This document shows, in pieces, positions 56,069-64,000 of a stretch of 64,000 bases of DNA; the first letter of the stretch is position 1; the number at the start of each line of letters is the position of its first letter. The position numbers were made by a program, and so were the translations under genes. The notes below the pieces were generated by a model. The model saw only the letters and a program-made list of their open reading frames with translations, did not search any database and was not told the DNA's origin. The DNA is from Candidatus Hermodarchaeota archaeon. GTDB taxonomy: Archaea > Asgardarchaeota > Hermodarchaeia > Hermodarchaeales > Hermodarchaeaceae. The DNA lies in NCBI GenBank assembly GCA_016839365.1, contig JAEOUH010000069.1:33698-97697 (forward strand). The letters are read 5' to 3'.

Positions 56069-56515
56069 TCAATCATCATGAAAAATTTCAACATCAACAG
56101 GAATCCCTTGGCGCACCGAGGATGTGACAATACAGTAATTCTCAAAAATATCCACACAGCGCTGGTATCGGTTCGGATCATCTTCAGCCATTGTGATATG
56201 GACTTTAACATTTACATGTTGAATACGCCATCTTCCTTCCTCATTCCGGGCAACTGTTGGAGAGACTTCTGCACGGATCGTATCAACCATGAGTTTACTT
56301 CGTTGAAGACAAAACATGAAACTCGCCGTCAAGCAATTGCCAATTGCAGCCGCTAACGCTCGTGTGGCGTTTGGTCCCTTATCCTTTCCCAGAGGGGATG
56401 GTTCATCCATGGTCCACTCATCAAATGAAGGGTTATCGAAGCGAACACGGAACTCATAATTCTCCACACGTTCAACAACCACTGTGTAACTATGTGGGTC
56501 ATCTATCTTGGACAT
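56069..56515 (-). CDS. OsmC/Ohr-family protein
   Basis: DEPSPLGKDKGPNA..ALAAAIGNC and FENYCIVTSS (two Cys). Confidence 0.88.
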   Translation of the reverse strand: MSKIDDPHSYTVVVERVENYEFRVRFDNPSFDEWTMDEPSPLGKDKGPNATRALAAAIGNCLTASFMFCLQRSKLMVDTIRAEVSPTVARNEEGRWRIQHVNVKVHITMAEDDPNRYQRCVDIFENYCIVTSSVRQGIPVDVEIFHDD

Positions 56516-56605
56516 AAAAACCACCAATTGTACTCTCCGAGTACTACGTTAGTTGGGCATATAATCTAGTCGGCGAAAACACTGATTTAGTTTGTAGTTT
56601 TGAAA

Positions 56606-58288
56606 CTATTTTCGATTCACAATTGACTTCTTGCCCATCTTTTCCAACTGCTCTTCTTGGAGCACTCGTCGGAGAACCTTCCCAACCATTGATTTTGGTA
56701 ATTCGTCACGGAATTCGACGAATTGAGGTCGTTTGTAATAGGCGAGTTTATCTTTGGTATACTCGATAACCTCTTCGGCGGTAATTTCTTCGCCTTGTTT
56801 GACTACAACGACGGCCATGACGGTTTCTCCACGCTGTTCGTCTGGAATTCCGAATACAGCGGCTTCAGCGATCTTTGGATGTTCGAAGAGCACTTCTTCC
56901 ACGTCACGGGGCCAGACTTTGAATCCTGCTCGGTCAATCATTTGCTTCGCTCGATCCACGATGTAGAAGTAGCCGTCCTCATCCATTTTAGCGATATCAC
57001 CGGTACGGAGCCAGCCGTCTTCGGTCATCTGCTGTACTGTTTCTTCGGGTTTGTTCCAGTAGCCTTTCATCACCTGAGGGCCCTTAATGACCAATTCACC
57101 TTCCTGTCCAGGTGGGAGGTCTTCACCTGTGTCGAGATCGATGATTTTAGCCAGTGTGCTTGGCATCGGAATACCGACGGAACCTTCACGTTTCTTGTCA
57201 AAGGGCGGGTTCTGTTGAATGGGATTTGCATGAGTCACCGGACTCGCCTCAGTGAGCCCATATCCTTCAACAAGGTTAGCGCCCGCGATGTCTTCAAAGG
57301 CTTTGGCAACAGCCATTGGGAGAGGGGCGGCGCCAGATAAACAAGCGGTCATCGATTTCAGGTCGTATTGGTCAAGGTCGTCTCGTTGGAGTAGGGACGA
57401 GTAAATGGTTGGAACGCCTGGAAAGAAGGCAACGTTGTAGCGTGGGATGTCGCGGAGGATTTGGTCCAGGTCAGGTCGTGGATGGAGGATCAACCGGTCA
57501 GCAAGAGTGATAGTGTTGAGCATACAGACGGTGAGGCCAAAGGAATGGAAAAAGGGAATCACAGCGAGAGTAGTGTCTCCTGCTCCCCGTTCAGCAAAAG
57601 GAATCCAGCTGTTGCATTGGTATGCATTTGCTACAAGATTATAATGGGTCAGTATTGCCCCCTTTGGTACACCAGTGGTGCCACCTGTGTAAAGAAGCAC
57701 TGCAGGTGTGTCTTTCGGTGTGATTTTGAGTTTGGGGGGTTTCGGCTCAGCTGATTCGAGGAGTTCACCCCACATGTGATATCCTTTGATACCTTCAGGT
57801 GGTTTGAAGCTGACCTGCATGCCCGGGAAAGCATCCGCCATTGTCGTGACAATGGTATACTGCACTTTAGTTTCGTCACGGATTTTAGCATAACCATCAT
57901 GCATAATGTCAATGATGATTAAAGCCTTCGCACCCGAATCGTTGAGCTGGAACTTGACTTCAGGAGCCTGGTAGAGGGGATTGATCAGCGTGAGGATTGC
58001 TCCAGCCCTGAGTGCACCAAAGAATGCAGTGATAAATTGGGGCATGTTCCCTAACATCAGGCCGACAACATCACCTTGCTTGATGCCCATTTTATTCAAC
58101 GCAGTTGCTAAACGGTTGACTTCTTCTAGTACTTGTTTGTAAGTTTTTTCTTGTCCAAGAAAAACACCAAGGGTATTATCTGGAAAATCCTTTGCAGAAT
58201 CTTCGAGAAGTTGAAAGAGGGGGATTTCGGGGATTTCAATATTTTCAGGGACTCCGGGTTCGTAAAATTTCAGCCAGGGTTTTTCCAT
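56606..58288 (-). CDS. fadD: Long-chain fatty acid--CoA ligase
   Basis: YTGGTTGVPKG, EGYGLTEASP, GPQVMKGYW, RTGD, LPKSMVGKVLRR. Confidence 0.93.
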   Translation of the reverse strand: MEKPWLKFYEPGVPENIEIPEIPLFQLLEDSAKDFPDNTLGVFLGQEKTYKQVLEEVNRLATALNKMGIKQGDVVGLMLGNMPQFITAFFGALRAGAILTLINPLYQAPEVKFQLNDSGAKALIIIDIMHDGYAKIRDETKVQYTIVTTMADAFPGMQVSFKPPEGIKGYHMWGELLESAEPKPPKLKITPKDTPAVLLYTGGTTGVPKGAILTHYNLVANAYQCNSWIPFAERGAGDTTLAVIPFFHSFGLTVCMLNTITLADRLILHPRPDLDQILRDIPRYNVAFFPGVPTIYSSLLQRDDLDQYDLKSMTACLSGAAPLPMAVAKAFEDIAGANLVEGYGLTEASPVTHANPIQQNPPFDKKREGSVGIPMPSTLAKIIDLDTGEDLPPGQEGELVIKGPQVMKGYWNKPEETVQQMTEDGWLRTGDIAKMDEDGYFYIVDRAKQMIDRAGFKVWPRDVEEVLFEHPKIAEAAVFGIPDEQRGETVMAVVVVKQGEEITAEEVIEYTKDKLAYYKRPQFVEFRDELPKSMVGKVLRRVLQEEQLEKMGKKSIVNRK

Positions 58289-58531
58289 GTTTCGTTGTCC
58301 TCCCTGTAGAGATTAGCACAATATGGTGGCTCATAGATGAAAAGGCTTACCATTTCAACTCTTCTTGCGACGATTCAGCCGTTAGAGTTTTTATCCAACA
58401 ACTCAGTATCAGTCATGAACCTAGTTTTTTCGAGGAATTCGTGACTACGTGGATTCAGTATTGTCCTGTCACTGACACTTAAAAGGCACCATGTCGATGA
58501 GTAGCTGGGATTCTGGCGAGGATGCACCTGA

Positions 58532-59707
58532 ATGGATACTGCCGATTTACGACACCAGATTGCAGACTATCTGGACTCTGTTCGGGATTTTAACCAAAGT
58601 GTTATGCTTATTGATTCGGGAGTGTTTTGTCTTCCCGATTATCACGAGCTAATAACTCATCCTGAAGCCCTATTGAAGCTTGAAAATCAGTTCATCGGTG
58701 AACTGGTTCATCTACTCAATGAGTTAAACAGAGCTCTGCATCACGCCCGACAATGGCGGACCCATCTTGAGAATCTGGCTACAAATCTCTACTTCTCTCC
58801 CATTGATAAAAAAGCCCTATTCAAGAAAAAACAAAAAGCCGTCCGGATATTAGCCCAAGACGATATCCGGACCCGCATTCAAGCGTCCTCGGATGGATTA
58901 GCATATCTTCGCTGGATTGCTGCAGATACAGGTTTAGAGCTTGAACAGCTCCTCATTGAAATGCGCAATCTAGGTGTTACCCGTCAAGGCTTTCGAAACC
59001 TTTTCGGCAAGTATCAATCACCAGAATTAAGTCGATGGGAAAAAGCCCTTGATGCCTGGTTAGATGTGGACCTCGATGCTCTAATTACCGCCCTGCAAGG
59101 CTTTCTGGATGAGGCTAGCAATACGGGCTTCAAAAGGGCACTCCATGCCCTGGCCAGCTATATTGATGTCATTGTCAATCTTCTTTCCCAATTCTCCACG
59201 ATCAGTGCCAGTTTCAATTTTCTTTCATTGGAATGGATGTCAAAAATCCAAATCCAGTTCGATTCGCTTACCGAAGCCAGCGTGGCACTACATGAGCTCC
59301 TTTCGCAACGTACTCAAGTAGGAAATCTTTACGTTGATCACGAACTAGCTATCCTCAACGCAATCCTTCCAACTGAAATTGATCCCACCGAATGGTTTGT
59401 GGTGTTTGCAAAAAATCCCGCGAAATCGGCCCACGAACTATTACCACAGGAGATACGTTTTGATGCCCTTCCTTTTGCTCTTCATCAAGCTGAAACGGCC
59501 TTGGTTTCCATGGATGACCAAATCAAAATTGGAGAATATCTCCTGAAATCCGTTGAAGTCCTTCCAGAACTACTGAAATCACCGATAGTGGCAAAATTCC
59601 TCGATGCCGATAAACAACGGCTCGACATTTTTCGGTCCGGACGTTTCAATTTGTTTCGGCGGTTACGTCAAATACGGGAAATGGTAAACTCGATTAATGT
59701 TCTCTGA
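58532..59707 (+). CDS. Hypothetical all-helical protein
   Basis: 391-aa ORF, Leu-rich helical composition, GAGG upstream; no motif recognised. Confidence 0.65.
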   Translation: MDTADLRHQIADYLDSVRDFNQSVMLIDSGVFCLPDYHELITHPEALLKLENQFIGELVHLLNELNRALHHARQWRTHLENLATNLYFSPIDKKALFKKKQKAVRILAQDDIRTRIQASSDGLAYLRWIAADTGLELEQLLIEMRNLGVTRQGFRNLFGKYQSPELSRWEKALDAWLDVDLDALITALQGFLDEASNTGFKRALHALASYIDVIVNLLSQFSTISASFNFLSLEWMSKIQIQFDSLTEASVALHELLSQRTQVGNLYVDHELAILNAILPTEIDPTEWFVVFAKNPAKSAHELLPQEIRFDALPFALHQAETALVSMDDQIKIGEYLLKSVEVLPELLKSPIVAKFLDADKQRLDIFRSGRFNLFRRLRQIREMVNSINVL

Positions 59708-59920
59708 TCCTTGCAAACTGCCAGAATTGCTTGTTACTTTGACAATAATTCTCAAAGAAGTAGTAATTTGTGCTACCTCAGGCATCTAGGTAAATGATTT
59801 TAACTACAGCCTCACTATTGGTGAATGAGGCGACAATACGGGAGGTCCTTGGATCCTTAGTAAAGCCAAGGCTTTCCGTGTTCACTCCTGAAGAAAATGG
59901 CTCCTCAGGAACGGGATATT

Positions 59921-62900
59921 ATGAAACGTTCTTTTACCAAATGGTGTGGAATTCCACTAATTGCTTTACTTACATTTACTTTGATATATCCTCTCTTGTA
60001 TTCTCCTTCGTTATTGCCGTCGAATATGGCGTTGGTTTCAGCGCCTAATGTACAAAGACCAACCTTTGGACCAGTTATTCCCCAGCCAGCTAGCCCTGAA
60101 TATTTGATTATAACACCAAACAGCGGCTGGGTCCAATCCTTTGCGGAATGGAAGACCCTGAAAGGGGTTCCCACTCAGGTGATCAATGTTAGCTGGATTC
60201 AAGCAAATTACCCACTGAGTTCAACAATTCGGGATAAAGCTGAACAAATATGGACTGCGATAAAGAGTGTATATGACGCAACAACTCCTGCTAGCCTTCA
60301 ATGGGTTCTACTCATTGGTGATAATGCGACCATTCCTTCACGGTATGTCTACTTACCTGATACAACAGAATGGACAGGTCAAGATCCTAACCGGAAACCA
60401 ACTGATTTCTACTATTCAGTTATGGGTGATACCGATTGGGATGACGATGGTGATGGCAGATGGGGGGAATGTGCCACCTTTAATGTGGGCGGCCCCTCGT
60501 CTGACGAAATTGGGGATTGGCAATCTGATCTTTATGTTGGTCGCATCCCCTTTAGTGACCAAGGAAATGTAACCAGCATACTCACTAAGGCATTAGATTA
60601 TGCCCGGAATCCAACCGGCTTTTCACCGACGGGCTGGGATTCCTTCCTCCTTGGCGGTGCCATAAGTAATTACGATGAAGAGGTCTGGGCGTGGCTCGAT
60701 CAAGATTACACCGATGAAGCAGAACTAAGCGACTACATCAACGCAAACCATATTCCTGGGTATTACGATGTCTACCGTTTCTATGAAGATCGGTTTAACT
60801 TCTGGAATTACACCTCACCGAATACATTTCAGAACTTAAACGATACTGCGGTTATCCAAGGAATCAATCTCTACTCACCCGCACTCATCAATTTAGCTGC
60901 GCATGGAAGCCCAACAGACATTCAGCGCAAATATGATCCCTGGGGATTCCCCTATGGAAACACCTGGTCTAGTGCAACAGCAGGATGGAATAATCCAGTA
61001 ACCGGAGTTGCCATCGGTGATCCTGACAATGACGGCTTCAATGAGCTAGTCTACACACATGGCATGGGTACAGGGCTTACTGCACAAAATGGTACAATTT
61101 GGCTACGAGATCCTAGTACGATGGTAGACACCCTAATCTGGGATCTATGGACTTTCCCGGTTGACGGTTTTCCAACCCATGCTACCTGCGTTGATATCGG
61201 GGATGTTTGGAATAATGGGACCATTGCAGTTGTAGTGGGCACTTGGTCCGGTTCAACTGTCATTTTCACGAGAATCGTTCCCATTGTGGGACTTCCCTAT
61301 TGGAGGCCAGTTGTAGTGAATGGTCCAGAAATTTCAGATCCAGTACTATGTATCGAGGTTGGAAATGCCGACAATGTCCTTGAACCACACGGTTATGGGG
61401 GAAGTGGCACTCCTTCTGTCAATATTGATATCGTTTGGGGTCATCAAAGTGGCATGACCTTTATCGCATCTTGTGTTGGTGCACCAGGACCAGTAGGGCA
61501 CGTCATACGGGTAGCCTTAGTGTGGAATCACGGTCAAGCAGTGTATTCGATTGACGTAGGCGATCCCGACGACGATACAAAGGGGGAAATCACCTGTGGA
61601 ACAGGGTTTACTAATGCTTCTGGTGATTTTGGAGACGTCTATCGATTATTCTATCTGCCTGCTGTTAATTGGTTCCGTACTACCATCGACTTAGGCCTTG
61701 GCGGGTTTGTGTATGGGTGTGATTCGGGTGATGCCGGTAACGACTTCTATAACAAAGTCGTTGTTGGTGTAAGCGATGGATCCATCTATATGTATGAAGC
61801 CGGTTGCATATCCCTTGGATATGGGGGATATCAAGGTGGTACGGATAGAGGAACGAGAAAAACAATCTCGAGCCCTGGTGGAAATGCAGGCATGGTTCGA
61901 TGTTTAAACATCGGATTCGTCGATGACAATGACCTCCTTACCACTTATCCAACACCTGTGGAACACTATTCGATCATTGCCGGGAATCAATACGGTGGTA
62001 TCTGGAAATACCATGCTAACAACGTTTCAGGCTTTATTGACGCCTACCCCATCGCAGTTCAGAACTTGGTATTTGGGGTGAATGTAACAGATCTTGACGT
62101 TGGCGAACTTAGTTACGTTACGGGAGAAACGACATTCAATCAAGAGGTTGCGGCTGGCAGTGAAGTTGGTATGATGCCACTGTCATTTGTCTATTGGTTT
62201 GAATGGCCTTGGAATCTGTGGGGCAATATGCTCAATACTACTCAAGTTAATGCAACAACCGCGAATATCCCTGCCCTCGTCTATGCTGACTCCTGTCACA
62301 CAGCCGGATATGAATATACCCAAGAATGTTTAGCTGAAGCCTTCATACGAAACATGGCCATTGGCTACATCGGTTCGATGCGCATCTGCTGGTATTATCG
62401 AGGGACCATGACTCAATCCTTCCTGTGGGGGCTAGGTCGGTACATGTCACAGGAATTCTGGGACCTCTTCTTCAGTGGCACAACTGCCTATCGACCAGGA
62501 GCAACACTCTATCAGAATAAAATCGATTATCAAAGTACCTTTGCTTCCATTGCCAGCTCATTCCCCACAACATGGGAAACCTATCACCGCAAGAACCTAC
62601 TCAGCTATGCCCTCTTCGGAGATCCAGAGATTGACGTGTTCACCAATAATCCACGAACCCTCACCATAAGTACTCCAGCCAACGCTAATTATCAAGGAAC
62701 CACAGTCCTTCAAGCCTTGGATGGCACCTTACCTGTAGCAGGGGCAACCATCTGCCTTTGGGACAAAGATGGCACCTACTACGAGGTCCAAACCACTAAT
62801 GCCAGCGGTCATGCTGTGTTTACAGTAACAGCAAGTGTTCCGAATAGTCTGAATGTCACTGCCACAGCGCACAACTATATTCCTCACCAGAGCACTATTG

Positions 62901-63373
62901 GTGTTGCCCATTGGCTCGATATCTCACAACCCACCATCTCCTATGTTGCCAGCACGGCAAGCTTGGATGTGACTAGTGTCACAGCTACGTGTAGCAATCC
63001 ATCCCACGGCAGTCTCAATGACACCGAAGCGACCACCTATACTTACACCATCTACACCAATGGCACCGACGCAGCCACCACAATAGCCGGTACGTTAACC
63101 TGGACTGGAACATCATGGCAGGTACTCGGTATTGATGTCTCAAGTCTTGCATTTGGTTCCTATTATGTTCGGTGTAACTTTGCTGATGCCGATGTGACGA
63201 ATACCATGAGCCCCGCGTCGGATCTCTTCACAATTGCTCCCGTTGGACCCCCACCCTTCGACTGGCTACTCTGGCTCATGCAAAATTGGCTATTCATCCT
63301 CATCATCATTGTAATCCTCATCATAATTCTGCTCCTCGTATTCAGGATGCGGCGACGTGGGAAGATCGAGTAA
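59921..63373 (+). CDS. Membrane-anchored C25 (gingipain-like) cysteine peptidase with inserted FG-GAP-type propeller
   Basis: Signal-like N-terminus, EYLIIT...FAEWKTLKG, VLLIGD, TDFYYS, VGRIP, AHGS, DSC, LFGDP, Ig-like domains and a C-terminal TM followed by RMRRR; ATG 59921. Confidence 0.88.
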   Translation: MKRSFTKWCGIPLIALLTFTLIYPLLYSPSLLPSNMALVSAPNVQRPTFGPVIPQPASPEYLIITPNSGWVQSFAEWKTLKGVPTQVINVSWIQANYPLSSTIRDKAEQIWTAIKSVYDATTPASLQWVLLIGDNATIPSRYVYLPDTTEWTGQDPNRKPTDFYYSVMGDTDWDDDGDGRWGECATFNVGGPSSDEIGDWQSDLYVGRIPFSDQGNVTSILTKALDYARNPTGFSPTGWDSFLLGGAISNYDEEVWAWLDQDYTDEAELSDYINANHIPGYYDVYRFYEDRFNFWNYTSPNTFQNLNDTAVIQGINLYSPALINLAAHGSPTDIQRKYDPWGFPYGNTWSSATAGWNNPVTGVAIGDPDNDGFNELVYTHGMGTGLTAQNGTIWLRDPSTMVDTLIWDLWTFPVDGFPTHATCVDIGDVWNNGTIAVVVGTWSGSTVIFTRIVPIVGLPYWRPVVVNGPEISDPVLCIEVGNADNVLEPHGYGGSGTPSVNIDIVWGHQSGMTFIASCVGAPGPVGHVIRVALVWNHGQAVYSIDVGDPDDDTKGEITCGTGFTNASGDFGDVYRLFYLPAVNWFRTTIDLGLGGFVYGCDSGDAGNDFYNKVVVGVSDGSIYMYEAGCISLGYGGYQGGTDRGTRKTISSPGGNAGMVRCLNIGFVDDNDLLTTYPTPVEHYSIIAGNQYGGIWKYHANNVSGFIDAYPIAVQNLVFGVNVTDLDVGELSYVTGETTFNQEVAAGSEVGMMPLSFVYWFEWPWNLWGNMLNTTQVNATTANIPALVYADSCHTAGYEYTQECLAEAFIRNMAIGYIGSMRICWYYRGTMTQSFLWGLGRYMSQEFWDLFFSGTTAYRPGATLYQNKIDYQSTFASIASSFPTTWETYHRKNLLSYALFGDPEIDVFTNNPRTLTISTPANANYQGTTVLQALDGTLPVAGATICLWDKDGTYYEVQTTNASGHAVFTVTASVPNSLNVTATAHNYIPHQSTIGVAHWLDISQPTISYVASTASLDVTSVTATCSNPSHGSLNDTEATTYTYTIYTNGTDAATTIAGTLTWTGTSWQVLGIDVSSLAFGSYYVRCNFADADVTNTMSPASDLFTIAPVGPPPFDWLLWLMQNWLFILIIIVILIIILLLVFRMRRRGKIE

Positions 63374-63385
63374 ATTCATAATTAT

Positions 63386-63412
63386 CCTCTAGCACTCCTA
63401 GAGTGCTGGAGG
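63386..63412. terminator. Hairpin between convergent genes
   Basis: CCTCTAGCACTC/GAGTGCTGGAGG 12-bp stem (one G-U pair) followed by a T-rich tract. Confidence 0.5.
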
Positions 63413-63424
63413 ACTTTCCTCTTT

Positions 63425-64000
63425 TTATTCACGAAGCCCAACTTCACGTCGATACCCAGCATATTCTCTAATCGCCTTAAGCGAGATCGTACTGGTGATA
63501 TACTGCGATTTTTCATCGGTGGTCGTTTTCAATGCTTGGGTAGGGGGGCCTTCTTCATTGGAAAATCGGTAGGAGGGATCCGCGATACAAGACCCACCAC
63601 ATGTATAAACGCCAGGGAAATATTCTCGAGACGCTTGGTCTGCACTGACAATTGGAATGGTGTACTCCTTTGATCGGACAGACACCAGCGACTGCCACGC
63701 CCATTGACCATACCTGATGTATTGGTCGTTCAGGACCGTGGTCATTGTCGGTACAGTGAGAAAATCGATTTGAGGTGCAATCTGTGACACCAAGTCATGA
63801 TACCAGAGATCCGAACAGATAAGGACAGCCATTCGAAGTTTTTTTATCCTAAAGATAGGGCGCTCTGTTCCCGGCTCTAATCCGAGCTTTTTCTCAGCCC
63901 GAAAGGGATAGTGCTTATCATAGAACCCGAGGATTTTCCCTTCCTCCGAGAAGACAAAACAACGATTTCGCCACTGGTTCTGCTTCGTCTGATACGGCAT
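63425..64000 (-). CDS. Carbon-nitrogen hydrolase (nitrilase family), 5'-truncated by the window edge
   Basis: YDKHYP (catalytic Lys), E, LICSDLWY (catalytic Cys), GGSCIADP. Confidence 0.85.
   Translation of the reverse strand: MPYQTKQNQWRNRCFVFSEEGKILGFYDKHYPFRAEKKLGLEPGTERPIFRIKKLRMAVLICSDLWYHDLVSQIAPQIDFLTVPTMTTVLNDQYIRYGQWAWQSLVSVRSKEYTIPIVSADQASREYFPGVYTCGGSCIADPSYRFSNEEGPPTQALKTTTDEKSQYITSTISLKAIREYAGYRREVGLRE

Overview
Gene-dense archaeal DNA: GGTGA/GAGGTG ribosome-binding sites, TATA-like promoters and short gene overlaps. An Asgard-type archaeon is inferred from the eukaryote-like E1/E2/JAB/Ubl and SMC5/6-like genes but cannot be proven here. Most of the window is housekeeping: HAD hydrolases, glycerate kinase, ADP-forming acyl-CoA synthetase, QueT, PEP carboxykinase, uvrB-uvrA-uvrC, a leuB/leuC/leuD-like cluster, FAD and Fe-S oxidoreductases, H+-PPase, acyl-CoA dehydrogenase and ligase, a C25 peptidase and a nitrilase. 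The standout is the 10-kb locus at 4416-14672. A ubiquitin-like conjugation set (Ubl ending VG-Q, UBC-fold E2, ThiF/UBA E1, JAMM protease, RING-like Zn finger, transglutaminase-like protein) shares a divergent intergenic region with a five-gene operon. That operon encodes an SMC5/6-type SMC, a possible kleisin, an Nse1/Nse3-like KITE protein and a second, paralogous Nse1-RING-like Zn finger. This looks like a prokaryotic SMC5/6-like complex genetically linked to its own Ubl modification cascade. Secondary leads are SIM-like motifs repeated across three Ubl-operon proteins, a two-copy structured intergenic element, a riboswitch-like leader on queT, and a beta-propeller inserted inside a gingipain-type catalytic domain. 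All family calls come from motif recognition by eye; no database searches were run. No rRNA, tRNA, CRISPR array or transposase was found.
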